A stretch of 64,000 nucleotides of DNA from Eledone cirrhosa (GCA_964016885.1 OZ024745.1:25482001-25546000), one strand, 5' to 3'. Counted from the stretch's first letter, positions 38,860 to 55,737 are shown. The notes: generated by a model not told the origin, from the letters alone. Numbers and translations: made by a program.

Positions 38860-40440
38860 AAGGCGGCGAATTGGCTGAAATCTTAGAAGGTCGGATAGAA
38901 TATTTTGCAGTATTCGTTTCGACTCTCTGCTCTCTGAGTTCAAATTCCGTCGAGGTCAACTTTGCCTTTCGTCAATTTAAGGTCAATAAAAAAAAGTACC
39001 AGTCAAGTACTGGGGTCGATTCTTTCTCAATATCCCTTTCTTACTTCCATTCTTTCACTCTCTATCCTTATCTGGAAGAAATCTGCTGTATTTATACATG
39101 GAGAGGAGATGGCGTCGCCAGATTTCAAAATGCCCTAGAAATGCCGTATTGACATACGGCACCCCTACGACTCCCGCAAGAGTAACGCGACCATCCAGCT
39201 AGGGATTGGCAATAATGGTAGAAGTGTCGGACGCCATGCTTTGCAGCATTGAGTTACGCTCCTTTATAGTCTGAGTTCAAATCCCGCCGAGGTTCACTTT
39301 GCCTTTTATCCTAACGGGGTCGATAAAATAAAGTACCAGTAATGTACTGGGATAATTGCTGACCTTGTGCCAAAAGTAGAAACAATTATTATTGATGACG
39401 GTAGGGTCAGTGGATTGGAAATATCAGTAGAGCATCAGACAACATGCTTTGCAGCATATAATTGTGCCCCTTTACGTTATGAGTTCAAATCCCGCCGAGG
39501 TTAGCTTTGCCTTTCATCCTTGCGGAGTCGATAAAATAAAGTACCAGTAATTACTGAGGTCGATTTAATAGATTTTCCCACGCTCTTTAAATTGCTGGCC
39601 ACTGGCACTACTTCTTCGTCAAATTCAAAGGAAGTGAGGTTCATTAAAGTTAGTAGCGTTAATTTGTGGAAGAAAGCTTCATATGTATACGGCAAGGATA
39701 CGGTCTGAGTAGGAGTTACCAACCTAAGATACGGGGGCGGATTAATGGATCACACGGGCAAGCAATTTTACCAGGAGATTTGCATGCCAGACATGGACGA
39801 ATACTTTGCTAATGTTGATAGTATCAACATTCTTTTCACCCCTCTGTCCTCACTATCACTGCCAGCATGAATGATCTCGGGTGCTAAACCATTTTTCTAC
39901 AGGTACTTGATAACACCACGATGCCAACTTCTGTCCATTTTCAAGAGAAGTTGCTACTAGTTACTTTTGAAGTCTTCTTTAAACAGTCAGATGTCAGTTT
40001 ACCTGGGAAAAAACAAAACAAAAACAAAAAAACAGTTATTAATAATTGTTTCTACGTAAATAATGGTTTCCACTATAGGCACAAGGCCAACAATTTTGGG
40101 GTGGGGGTGGGGGGTCGATTAAATCGACCCCATTCCATTACTGGTGCTTTATTTTATCGACCCGATAAGGATGAAAGGCAAAGTTAACCTCGGTGAGATT
40201 TGAACTCAGAACATAAAAGGACGCTACTATGCTGCGAAGCATAGTGTCTGACGCTCTACCGATACTGCCAATCCCCCGCCCTAATGCAGTTATTAATAAT
40301 GGTTTCTTATATAGGCACAAGGCCAGCAATTTTGAGGACGGGGGAAGTCGATTAAATCGACCCCAGTGCGTGACTGGTATTTTATTTGATCGACCCCGTA
40401 AGGATGAAAGGCAAAGTTAACCTCGACGGGATTTGAACTC
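38860..40440. mobile_element. cluster of family-A SINEs (+ 38860-39020, 39200-39392, 39405-39600; - 40047-40281, 40301-40440)
   Basis: Shared head, core and tail. Confidence 0.8.
39640..39900 (-). pseudogene. decayed LINE reverse-transcriptase fragment
   Basis: Manual minus-strand translation NISKVFVHVWHANLLVKL resembles RT motif DISKAFDKVWH..LL.KL. Confidence 0.55.
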
Positions 40441-41132
40441 AATGCAGTTATTAATAATGAGATTTGAAATGAATGCATGCAAGATTTCACCGCTTTAGCA
40501 TCACTCCTTCATAGTCAACCTAAGAATTTTTCAGCCCACCCTCGTATATAAACACCTGGAAAATCCACCAAGGTTTTTTTTCTCTTTTAAGGCTAGCGGT
40601 TTTCTATGCATACAAATTTCATATGCTGCTGATGTTTCCAAGGAAAAACCGATTCAGCTTGGCATCAGTAGAACATATAGAGATGGAACAGATACCGCAA
40701 GACATCCCATATGACGCTCTAGCGAGTCAATCGATCTAGTCAGCCACTTGGGCTGGTAAAATATTTTGGTTGACCGTGAAAAGATGAAAGACAGAGTTAA
40801 TCTCAATGGGATTTGAACGAGGATAACTAACACAAGGCAGTCAATCCTACACTTTAGTGATTCGACCAACTCTCCAAGTTGTACCTACATCGTTCACCAT
40901 TCTAGTCACTAATGCCACTGAGATTTTCCAAGTTTGTATTCCCTTTTTCGGATAATAGGAAAGAGATAGACCGAGGAGCTGAAAGACTGAGATTTGGACG
41001 GGATTCTATTGTCCCTACCCCAGGATTCAGTTTAATCCCCCCACATTTCGAATGGCCTCTTCTCGAAGCTGGATAATTTCGTATGACCTTCACTTAGGTA
41101 CTTACGTATCAACCACTACATCTATTCCTTCC

Positions 41133-41139
41133 ATCCCCA

Positions 41140-41173
<34 letters not shown>

Positions 41174-41460
41174 CACTTCTTCCTTTTTTTCTTTCTTTCC
41201 TTTCTTTTCTCTTTCTTTTTCCTTCCTTCTTCACTTCCTTCCTTTTTTCTTTCTTTAGTTTCTTCTTTCATTCCTTTCTTTATTTTATCTTTTTTCCTTC
41301 CTCTCTGTCTTTCTTTCTTTCTTTTTTCCTTCTTTTTTTCTTCTTTCTTTCTTTCTTTCATTCATTCTTTCTTTCTTTTTTCCTTCTATCATTCATTCAT
41401 TCATTCATTCATTCTTTTTTCTTTCTTTTGTTCCTTCGTTCCTACCTTCTTTCCTTCCTA
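41133..41460. repeat. polypyrimidine (TTTC/TTC) tract
   Basis: Read directly. Confidence 0.9.
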
Positions 41461-41551
41461 GAACTTTGTCCATCAGAAATCCACATTCTTTCCTCTGCAG
41501 TCCGTTGACTTACAACCTGTTGAAGAAGAATGTTAATGACATCGAACTCAG

Positions 41552-41885
41552 TGATCAGGTATGGGAGGGGGGGGGTCTGTAAAAGCCACGAGTGAAACTC
41601 CTCTCTCCTGACACCTCCCCCCACCACTTCAAATGATCAGATATGGGACGGGGGGTCTGTGAAAGCCACGAGTGAAACTCCTCTCTTCAGACACCTCTCC
41701 ACACCACTTCAAATGATCAGGTATGGGAGAGGGGGGGGGGGTCTGTGAAAGCCACGAGTGAAACTCCTCTCTCCAGACGCCTCCCCCACCCCTTCAAATG
41801 ATCAGGTATGAGAGTGAGGAGGGGGGTGTCTGTCAAAGCCACTATTAAAGCCTCTCTCTCCAGACACCCCAACCCCACTTCAAAA
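41552..41885. repeat. about 82-bp minisatellite, 4 copies
   Basis: TGATCAGGTATGGGAG(G)nTCTGTGAAAGCCACGAGTGAAACTCCTCTCTCCAGACACCTCCCCACCACTTCAAA repeated. Confidence 0.9.
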
Positions 41886-41892
41886 TATTAAT

Positions 41893-41935
41893 GATTTCTT
41901 TATTGGCCACAAGGGCCGAAACAAAGGACAATACA
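41893..41935 (-). mobile_element. 3'-terminal fragment of the Tx1 family
   Basis: GATTTCTTTATTGGCCACAAGGGC..GGACAATACAA matches 498-546. Confidence 0.6.
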
Positions 41936-41975
41936 ATAAAACGAAAAAGTAACAAAGACAAGTAGTAGTATCAAC

Positions 41976-44900
41976 GCCACTGCCACTGCCACAACCACCA
42001 CCACTGCCACAACCACCACCACCACCACTGCCACAACCACCACCACCACCACTGCCACAACCACCACCACCACCACTGCCACAACCACCACCACCACCAC
42101 TGCCACAACCACCACCACCACCACTGCCACAACCACCACCACCACCACTGCCACAACCACCACCACCACCACTGCCACAACCACCACCACAACCACTGCC
42201 ACAACCACAACCACCACCACTGCCACAACCACCACCACCACCACTGCCACAACCACCACCAACACCACTGCCACAATCACCACCATCACTAACAACACCA
42301 CAGCCACAACCACCACCACTGCCACAACCACCACCACTGCCACAACCACCACCACCACCACTGCCACAACCACCACCACCACCACTGCCACAACCACCAC
42401 CAACACCACTGCCACAACCACCACCACCACCACTGCCACAACCACCACCACCACCACTGCCACAACCACCACCACCACCACTGCCACAACCACCACCACC
42501 ACCACTGCCACAACCACCACCAACACCACTGCCACAACCACCACCACCACCACTGCCACAACCACCACCACCACCACTGCCACAACCACCACCACCACCA
42601 CTGCCACAACCACCACCAACACCACTGCCACAATCTCCACCACCACCACTGCCACAACCACCACCACCACCACTGCCACAACCACCACCAACACCACTGC
42701 CACAATCACCACCACCACCACTGCCACAACCACCACCACCACCACTGCCACAACCACCACCACCACCACTGCCACAACCACCACCAACACCACTGCCACA
42801 ACCACCACCACCACCACTGCCACAACCACCACCAACACCACTGCCACAATCACCACCACTGCCACAACCACCACCACCACCACTGCCACAACCACCACCA
42901 ACACCACTGCCACAACCACCACCACCACCACTGCCACAACCACCACCACCACCACTGCCACAACCACCACCACCACCACTGCCACAACCACCACCAACAC
43001 CACTGCCACAATCTCCACCACCACCACTGCCACAACCACCACCACCACCACTGCCACAACCACCACCAACACCACTGCCACAATCACCACCACCACCACT
43101 GCCACAACCACCACCATCACCACTGCCACAACCACCCCCAACACCACTGCCACAATCTCCACCACCACCACTGCCACAACCACCACCACCACCACTGCCA
43201 CAACCACCACCAACACCACTGCCACAATCACCACCACCACCACTGCCACAACCACCACCACCACCACTGCCACAACCACCACCACCACCACTGCCACAAC
43301 CACCACCAACACCACTGCCACAACCACCACCACCACCACTGCCACAACCACCACCACCACCACTGCCACAACCACCACCACCACCACTGCCACAACCACC
43401 ACCACCACCACTGCCACAACCACCACCAACACCACTGCCACAATCACCACCATCACTAACAACACCACAGCCACAACCACCACTACCACTACTACAACCA
43501 CCACCACCACCACCACCACAACCACTACCAACAACAAGCCCACAACTACCAATAAGACCACAACCAACACCAATACCACTACCACCACAACCATTACCAA
43601 TACCACCACTACCACTACCACTACCACCACAACCATTACCAATACCACTACCACCACTACCAATAACACCACCACCACAACCACTACCAATAACACCACC
43701 ACCACCACCACTACCGATAACACCACCACCACTACCAATACCACCACCACCACTACCAATACCACCACCACCACTACCAATAACACCACCACCACCACCA
43801 CTACCAATAACACCACCACCACTACCAATACCACCACCACCACTACCAATACCACCACCACCACTACCAATAACACCACCACCACTACCAATACCACCAC
43901 CACCACTACCAATAACACCACCACCACCACCACTACCAATAACACCACCACCACTACCAATACCACCACCACCACTACCAATAACACCACCACCACTACC
44001 AATACCACCACCACCACCACCAATACCACCACCACCACTACCAATACCACCACCACCACTACCAATAACACCACCACCACAACCACTACCAATAACACCA
44101 CCACCACCACCACTACCAATAACACCACCACCACTACCAATACCACCACCACCACTACCAATACCACCACCACCACTACCACTACCACCACCACCACTAC
44201 CAATACCACCACCACCACTACCAATACCACCACCACCACTACCAATAACACCACCACCACAACCACTACCAATAACACCACCACCACCACCACTACCAAT
44301 AACACCACCACCACTACCAATACCACCACCACCACTACCAATAACACCACCACCACTACCAATAACACCACCACCACTACCACTACCACCACCACCACTA
44401 CCAATACCACCACCACCACTACCAATACCACCACAACCACTACCAATACCACCACCACCACTACCAATACCACCACCACCACTACCAATAACACCACCAC
44501 CACTACCAATACCACCACCACTACTACCAATACCACCACCACCACTACCAATACCACCACCACCACTACCAATAACACCACCACCACTACCAATACCACC
44601 ACCACCACTACCAATACCACCACCACCACTACCAATAACACCACCACCACAACCACTACCAATAACACCACCACCACCACCACTACCAATAACACCACCA
44701 CCACTACCAATACCACCACCACCACTACCAATAACACCACCACCACTACCAATAACACCACCACCACTACCACTACCACCACCACCACTACCAATACCAC
44801 CACCACCACTACCAATACCACCACCACCACTACCAATACCACCACCACCACTACCAATACCACCACCACCACTACCAATAACACCACCACCACTACCAAT

Positions 44901-47900
44901 ATCACCACCACCACTACCAATACCACCACCACCACTACCAATAACACCACCACCACTACCACTACCACCACCACCACTACCAATACCACCACCACCACTA
45001 CCAATAACACCACCACCACTACCAATAACACCACCACCACTATCAATACCACCACCACCACTACCAATACCACCACCACCACTACCAATACCACCACCAC
45101 CACTACCAATAACACCACCACCACAACCACTACCAATAACACCACCACCACCACCACTACCAATAACACCACCACCACTACCAATACCACCACCACCACT
45201 ACCAATACCACCACCACTACCAATACCACCACCACCACCACCAATACCACCACCACCACTACCAATACCACCACCACCACTACCAATAACACCACCACCA
45301 CAACCACTACCAATAACACCACCACCACCACCACTACCAATACCACCACCACCACCACCAATACCACCACCACCACCAATACCACCACCACCACTACCAA
45401 TACCACCACCACCACTACCAATAACACCACCACCACAACCACTACCAATAACACCACCACCACCACCACTACCAATAACACCACCACCACTACCAATACC
45501 ACCACCACCACTACCAATACCACCACCACTACCAATACCACCACCACCACCACCAATACCACCACCACCACTACCAATACCACCACCACCACTACCAATA
45601 ACACCACCACCACAACCACTACCAATAACACCACCACCACCACCACTACCAATACCACCACCACCACCACCAATACCACCACCACCACTACCAATACCAC
45701 CACCACCACTACCAATAACACCACCACCACAACCACTACCAATAACACCACCACCACCACCACTACCAATAACACCACCACCACTACCAATACCACCACC
45801 ACCACTACCAATACCACCACCACTACCAATACCACCACCACCACCACCAATACCACCACCACCACTACCAATACCACCACAACCACTACCAATAACACCA
45901 CCACCACCACCACTACCAATACCACCACCACCACCACCAATACCACCACCACCACTACCAATACCACCACCACCACTACCAATAACACCACCACCACAAC
46001 CACTACCAATAACACCACCACCACCACCACTACCAATACACCACCACCACCACCAATACCACCACCACCACTACCAATACCACCACCACCACCACCAATA
46101 CCACCACCACCACTACCAATACCACCACCACCACTACCAATAACACCACCACCACAACCACTACCAATAACACCACCACCACCACCACTACCAATACCAC
46201 CACCACCACTACCAATACCACCACCACCACTACCAATAACACCACCACCACACCACTACCAATAACACCACCACCACTACCAATACCACCACCACCACCA
46301 CCAATACCACCACCACCACTACCAATACCACCACCACCACTACCAATAACACCACCACCACAACCACTACCAATACACCACCACCACCACCACTACCAAT
46401 ACCACCACCACCACCACCAGTACCACCACCACCACTACCAATACCACCACCACCACTACCAATAACACCACCACCACAACCACTACCAATAACACCACCA
46501 CCACCACCACTACCAATACCACCACCACCACTACCAATACCACCACCACCACTACCAATACCACCACCACCACTATCAATAACACCACCACCACAACCAC
46601 TACCAATAACACCACCACCACCACCACTACCAATAACACCACCACCACTACCAATACCACCACCACCACTACCAATACCACCACCACTACCAATACCACC
46701 ACCACCACTACCAATACCACCACCACCACCACCACCAATACCACCACCACCACTACCAATACCACCACCACCACTACCAATAACACCACCACCACTACCA
46801 ATACCACCACCACCACCACCAATACCACCACCACCACTACCAATACCACCACCACCACTACCAATACCACCACCACCACCACCAATACCACCACCACCAC
46901 TACCAATAACACCACCACCACTACCAATAACACCACCACCACTACCAATATCACCACCACCACCACCAATACCACCACCACCACTACCAATACCACCACC
47001 ACCACTACCAATACCACCACCACCACCACCAATACCACCACCACCACACACCAATACCACCACCACCACTACCAATACCACCACCACCACCACCAATACC
47101 ACCACCACCACTACCAATACCACCACCACCACTACCAATACCACCACCACCAATACCACCACCACCACTACCAATAACACCACCACCACTACCAATACCA
47201 CCACCACCACTACCAATACCACCACCACCACTACCAATACCACCACCACCACCACCAATACCACCACCACCACTACCAATAACACCACCACCACTACCAA
47301 TAACACCACCACCACTACCAATACCACCACCACCACCACCAATACCACCACCACCACTACCAATACCACCACCACCACCACCAATACCACCACCACCACT
47401 ACCAATACCACCACCACCACTACCAATACCACCACCACCACCACCAATACCACCACCACCACTACCAATAACACCACCACCACTACCAATAACACCACCA
47501 CCACTACCAATACCACCACCACCACCACCAATACCACCACCACCACTACCAATACCACCACCACCACCACCAATACCACCACCACCACTACCAATACCAC
47601 CACCACCACTACCAATACCACCACCACCACCACCAATACCACCACCACCACTACCAATAACACCACCACCACTACCAATAACACCACCACCACTACCAAT
47701 ACCACCACCACCACCACCAATACCACCACCACCACTACCAATAACACCACAACCACTACCAATACCACCACCACCACTACCAATACCACCACAACCACTA
47801 CCAATAACACCACCACCACTACCAATACCACCACCACCACCACCAATACCACCACCACCACTACCAATAACACCACCACCACCACTACCAATACCACCAC

Positions 47901-50900
47901 CACCACCACTACCAATAACACCACCACCACCATTACCAATAACACCACCACCACTACCACTACCACCACCACCACTACCAATACCACCACCACCACTACC
48001 AATACCACCACCACCACCACTACCAATAACACCACCACCACTACCAATACCACCACCACCACTACCAATAACACCACAACCACTACCAATACCACCACCA
48101 CCACTACCAATAAATCCACCACCACTACCACTACCACCACCACCACTACCAATACCACCACCACCACCACTACCAATAACACCACCACCACCACTACCAA
48201 TACCACCAACACCACCACTACCAATAACACCACCACCACCATTACCAATAACACCACCACCACTACCACTACCACCACCACCACTACCAATAACACCACC
48301 ACCACCACTACCAATACCACCACCACCACCACTACCAATAACACCACCACCACTACCAATACCACCACCACCACTACCAATAACACCACAACCACTACCA
48401 ATACCACCACCACCACTACCAATAACACCACCACCACTACCACTACCACCACCACCACTACCAATACCACCACCACCACCACTACCAATAACACCACCAC
48501 CACCACTACCAATACCACCACCACCACCACTACCAATAACACCACCACCACCATTACCAATAACACCACCACCACTACCACTACCACCACCACCACTACC
48601 AATAACACCACCACCACCATTACCAATAACACCACCACCACTACCACTACCACCACCACCACTACCAATACCACCACCACCACCACTACCAATACCACCA
48701 CCACCACCACTACCAATACCACCACCACCACCATTACCAATAACACCACCACCACTACCAATACCACCACCACCACCACCAATACCACCACCACCACTAC
48801 CAATAACACCACCACCACCACCAATACCACCACCACCACTACCAATAACACCACCACCACCACTACCAATACCAACACCACCACCATTACCAATAACACC
48901 ACCACCACCACCAATACCACCACCACCACTACCAATAACACCACCACCACCATTACCAATAACACCACCACCACTACCAATACCACCACCACCACCACTA
49001 CCAATACCACCACCACCACCACTACCAATACCACCACCACCACTACCAATACCACCACCACCACTACCAATAACACCACCACCACCATTACCAATAACAC
49101 CACCACCACTACCACTACCACCACCACCACTACCAATACCACCACCACCACCACTACCAATACCACCACCACCACCACTACCAATACCACCACCACCACC
49201 ATTACCAATAACACCACCACCACTACCAATACCACCACCACCACCACCAATACCACCACCACCACTACCAATACCACCACAACCACCATTACCAATAACA
49301 CCACCACCACTACCAATACCACCACCACCACCACCACTACCACCACCACCACTACCAATACCACCACCACCACCACTACCAATAACACCACCACCACCAC
49401 TACCAATACCACCACCACCACCACTACCAATAACACCACCACCACCATTACCAATAACACCACCACCACTACCACCACCACCACTACCAATACCACCACC
49501 ACCACCACTACCAATAACACCACCACCACCACTACCAATACCACCACCACCACCACTACCAATAACACCACCACCACCATTACCAATACCACCACCACCA
49601 CTACCAATACCACCACCACCACCACTACCAATACCACCACCACCACCACTACCAATAACACCACCACCACCACCAATACCACCACCACCACCACTACCAA
49701 TACCACCACCACCACCATTACCAATAACACCACCACCACTACCAATACCACCACCACCACCACCACTACCACCACCACCACTACCAATACCACCACCACC
49801 ACCACTACCAATAACACCACCACCACCACTACCAATACCACCACCACCACCACTACCAATAACACCACCACCACCATTACCAATAACACCACCACCACTA
49901 CCACCACCACCACTACCAATACCACCACCACCACCACTACCAATAACACCACCACCACCACTACCAATACCACCACCACCACCACTACCAATAACACCAC
50001 CACCACCACTACCAATACCACCACCACCACCACTACCAATAACACCACCACCACCATTACCAATAACACCACCACCACTACCACCACCACCACTACCAAT
50101 ACCACCACCACCACCATTACCAATAACACCACCACCACTACCAATACCACCACCACCACCACCAATACCACCACCACCACTACCAATACCACCACCACCA
50201 CCATTACCAATAACACCACTACCACTACCAATACCACCACCACCACTACCAATACCACCACCACCACTACCAATAACACCACCACCACTACCAATACCAC
50301 CACCACCACCACCAATACCACCACCACCACTACCAATACTACCACCACCACCACTACCAATACCACCACCACCACCATTACCAATACCACCACCACCACT
50401 ACCAATACCACCACCACCACCACCAATACCACCACCACCACTACCAATACCACCACCACCACCATTACCAATAACACCACCACCACTACCAATACCACCA
50501 CCACCACCACCAATACCACCACCACCACTACCAATACCACCACCACCACCATTACCAATAACACCACCACCACTACCAATACCACCACCACCACCATTAC
50601 CAATACCACCACCACCACTACCAATACCACCACCACCACCACCAATACCACCACCACCACTACCAATACCACCACCACCACCACCAATACCACCACCACC
50701 ACTACCAATACCACCACCACCACCATTACCAATAACACCACCACCACTACCAATACCACCACCACCACCACCAATACCACCACCACCACTACCAATACCA
50801 CCACCACCACCAGTACCAATACCACCACCACCACTACCAATACCACCACCACCACCACTACCACTACCACCACCACCACTACCAATACCACCACCACCAC

Positions 50901-53460
50901 TACCAATAACACCACCACCACTACCAATACCACCACCACCACCACTACCAATAACACCACCACCACTACCAATACCACCACCACCACTACCAATAACACC
51001 ACCACCACTACCAATACCACCACCACCACCACCAATAACACCACAACCACCACCAATAACACCACCACAACTACCAATACCACCACAACCACTACCAATA
51101 GCACCACCACCACTACCAATACCACCACCACCACCACTACCAATAACACCACCACCACTACCAATACCACCACCACCACCACTACCAATAACACCACCAC
51201 CACTACCAATACCACCACCACCACCACTACCAATAACACCACCACCACTACCAATACCACCACCACCACTACCAATACCACCACCACCACCACCAATAAC
51301 ACCACAACCACCACCAATAACACCACCACCACTACCAATACCACCACAACCACTACCAATAGCACCACCACCACTACCACTACCACCACCACCACTACCA
51401 ATACCACCTCCACCACTACCAATAACACCACCACCACTACCAATACCACCACCACCACCACTACCAATACTACCACCACCACCACCAATAACACCACAAC
51501 CACCACCAATAACACCACCACCACTACCAATACCACCACCACCACTACCAATACCACCACAACCACTACCAATACCACCACCACCACTACCAATACCACC
51601 ACAACCACTACCAATACCACCACCACCACTACCAATACCACCACAACCACTACCAATACCACCACCACCACTACCAATACCACCACAACCACTACCAATA
51701 CCACCACCACCACTACCAATACCACCACAACCACTACCAATAACACCACCACCACTACCAATACCACCACCACCACTACCAATACCACCACAACCACTAC
51801 CAATACCACCACCACCACTACCAATACCACCACAACCACTACCAATACCACCACCACCACTACCAATAACACCACCACCACTACCACTACCACCACCACC
51901 ACTACCAATAACACCACAACCACTACCAATACCACCACCACCACTACCAATACCACCACAACCACTACCAATACCACCACCACCACTACCAATACCACCA
52001 CAACCACTACCAATACCACCACCACCACTACCAATACCACCACAACCACTACCAATACCACCACCACCACTACCAATACCACCACAACCACTACCAATAC
52101 CACCACCACCACTACCAATACCACCACAACCACTACCAATACCACCACCACCACTACCAATACCACCACAACCACTACCAATAACACCACCACCACTACC
52201 AATAGCACCACCACCACTACCAATACCACCACCACCACTACCAATACCACCACCACCACTACCAATACCAATACCACCACTACCAATACCACCACCACCA
52301 CTACCAATACCACCACCACCACCACTACCAATACCACCACCACCACTACCAATACCACCACCACCACTACCAATACCACCACCACCACTACCAATACCAC
52401 CACCACCACTACCAATACCACCACCACCACTACCAATACCACCACCACCACTACCAATACCAATAACACCACCACCACCACCAATACCAATAACACCACC
52501 ACCACCACCACTACCAATACCACCACCACCACTACCAATACCACCACCACCACTACCAATAACACCACCACCACCACCACTACCAATACCACCACCACCA
52601 CTACCAATACCAATAACACCACCACCACCACCACCACTACCAATACCACCACCACCACTACCAATACCACCACAACCACTACCAATACCACCACCACCAC
52701 CACTACCAATACCACCACAACCACTACCAATAACACCACAACCACTACCAATAACACCACCACCACTACCAATACCACCACCAATACCATCACCACCATT
52801 ACCAATACCACCACCACCACTACCAATAAAACCATCACTACCACCACCACTACCACCACAACCATTACCAATACCACCACCACCACTACCACTACCACCA
52901 CCACCACTACCACTTCCACCACAACCACCACTGCCACTGCCGCCACTACCACTACCACCAATAACACCACCACCACCACTACCAATACCAATAACACCAC
53001 CACCACCACCACCACTACCAATAACACCACCACCACTACCAATACCACCACCACCACCACTACCAATAACACCACCACCACTACCAATACCACCACAACC
53101 ACTACCAATAACACCACAACCACTACCAATAACACCACCACCACTACCAATAACACCACCACCACTACCAATACCACCACAACCACTACCAATAACACCA
53201 CCAATACCATCACCACCATTACCAATACCACCACCACCACTACCAATAAAACCATCACTACCACCACCACTACCACCACAACCATTACCAATACCACCAC
53301 CACTACCACCACCACCACCACCACCACCACTACCAATAACACCACCACTACCACCACCACAACCATTACCAATACCACCACCACCACCACCACCACCACC
53401 ACCACTACCACCACCACCACTACCACTACCACCACAACCACTGCCACCACCACTAACACT
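41976..53460. repeat. 11.5-kb ACC-derived higher-order tandem array
   Basis: 24-bp unit ACTGCCACA(ACC)5 to about 43470, then 21-bp units ACTACCAAT(ACC)4 and ACTACCAATAAC(ACC)3 with regional ATT/ACA variants. Confidence 0.97.
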
Positions 53461-53704
53461 TCAAGTCTAACAACAGCTACCAACCAGCCCATTTACAAAG
53501 AATTCCGACATTCATTGCAAACGAGTGTTGGGTGTTATCTGTCTGCACGGCCATCTTGCTTTTATATCTTTATATCTTAGATGTTTTTAACTCTTTTATT
53601 GGTATGTACACATACACATACACACCCACTCACACACACACACACATACACACCCACTCACATACACATACACAAGAACACACATAAAGATATATTATAT
53701 AGAC

Positions 53705-53742
<38 letters not shown>

Positions 53743-53815
53743 GTACGAATAGGTATATGGGTGTGTACCTTTCTCTCTCGTACACACGCACACACACACA
53801 CACACATACGCATAC

Positions 53816-53846
<31 letters not shown>

Positions 53847-53940
53847 CATATATGATTATAATATATATATGAGTGAGTGTGTATATATTTTTATATATAT
53901 ACACACACACATATATATATATAAACATATATGTATGTGC

Positions 53941-54080
<140 letters not shown>

Positions 54081-54329
54081 GTATATATATATATGTTTTT
54101 ATATAGTGAAGGAAGTAATTTCCGGGGTGAAGGTGGTAATGGGGGGGGGGGACTGTAGCACTGTGTGACATGTTCCTGTCCATTTTATTTGCCCTAGGTC
54201 CCCCTCCCACTTTCCCCACCTTCTCCTTCATACTTCCATTGCTCGTTCAGATGTCAAGGGTCAAGAGAAGCGCTGTTATTGCCTGAACAAACGAGGTTAG
54301 TAAGGTTCAGGTCATGAACTCTCAACTCC

Positions 54330-54840
54330 CTCTTGCTCTATCTCCTACCCTTCCACTCTCTCTCTCTCTATGTCTGTCTCTCTTTCACTCTGTCTCTCTC
54401 CTTCTCTTTCTCTATCTCTTACCCTTCCACTCTCTCTCTCAGTCTGTCTGTCTCTCTCTTTCACTCTCTCTCTCCTTCTCTTTTTCCTACCCTTCCACTC
54501 TCTCTCAGTCTGTCTGTCTCTCTCTTTCACTCTCTCTCTCTTCCTCGGTCTTTCTCTCTCCCTCTGTTTGTCTGTCTCTCTGTCTCCTCCCTTCCTTCCT
54601 TCTCTCTCTGCCTGGGTCTCTCTGTCTTTGTGCTTCTCTCGCTCCCTCTCTCCCCACTTCACCCTCTTTCTCTTACCCTTCCTCACTCTGTCTCCTACTC
54701 TCTAGTTCTCTTTCCCTCTAAGTATCTATATACTACCCTCCCTCTTTTTTTTCTGTCTGTCACTTTCTGTGTTTGTGCCAGTCTCTCTCTCTCACTCACC
54801 CATGCTCTCCCCCTCTCTCTCTCTTTCTGTTCATCTATCT
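54330..54840. repeat. CT-rich low-complexity tract
   Basis: Read directly. Confidence 0.9.
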
Positions 54841-55262
54841 AACCTTTTACATCTTTTTTCCCCCCCCTGTAACCACCGTCTCCCTCAAATCTCTCAAACA
54901 TATACAATGTAAGACCCGTTCTCATACATGTATGCACACAAAGACATACATTTACTTTCATGAAAAAATCAAATACTGGGAGGTAAAAGCTCATAGCGGT
55001 ACATAACTCTTTAAAAAGCAGAATTATCAGACCGTCCATAATTTCCGCTTTTGTGCATTTATGCGGACGGTGTAGGTGACAGTGTGAGAGGATTTGTTTG
55101 ACTTACGGTTAAGCTTTTACCATTTCGTTTGCTATCGAAACAGTCATAAATTAACCGAGGAGCAGAAAATCCATATCATATCTTTTATAAATCCATATTA
55201 TACCTTTCGTAAGTAAAGGGAGTTGAATAATGGTTTAACCGGTCTCAACCAGAAACCTTCCG

Positions 55263-55293
<31 letters not shown>

Positions 55294-55335
55294 TAACAGG
55301 AGGCTGGACTGGTGTAAATCCTTGAAAGGTTTATT

Positions 55336-55393
55336 ATACTATGATCATTTCAATGACCGGGTTCCATATGAAACCGGTGATATCATCAGGTAT
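55336..55393 (-). ncRNA. minimal type-I hammerhead ribozyme (family H3)
   Basis: ATAC-CTGATGA-..ACCGG..CCGGT..-GAAA-TGATCA-TA-GTAT. Confidence 0.7.
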
Positions 55394-55679
55394 TCGAAAT
55401 ATAACAAAGGAATATGTAAAAGCCATGGATCCGAAAAATCAGAGACAGAGAGGACGACTGACCAACTAGCTGCCTTCACCTCGGCCAGATGCCCTCAAAG
55501 TGATGGCTACTCGATCTGCTAATGACCTCGATCTGCTCACCAGGTGGTAATTAGCAGATCGAGTAGCCATCACTTTGAGGGTGACTGGCCGAAGTGAAGG
55601 CAGCTAGTTGGTCAGTCGTCCTCTCTGTCTCTGATTTTTCGGACCCATGGTTTTTACATATTCCTTTGTTATATTTCGA

Positions 55680-55737
55680 ATACCTGATGATATCACCGGA
55701 TTCATATGGAACCCGGTCATTGAAATGATCATAGTAT
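55680..55737 (+). ncRNA. minimal type-I hammerhead ribozyme (family H3)
   Basis: Same motif; palindromic stem III ATGATCAT. Confidence 0.7.

Noticed and set aside
41015-41050. 2A-like peptide CGGIKLNPGV on the minus strand
   Set aside because: Differs from D(V/I)ExNPGP at three key positions and has no convincing downstream endonuclease ORF
41900-53492. 1378-aa and 2420-aa poly-Val/Leu ORFs on the minus strand
   Set aside because: Antisense reading of the ACC array; implausible protein composition
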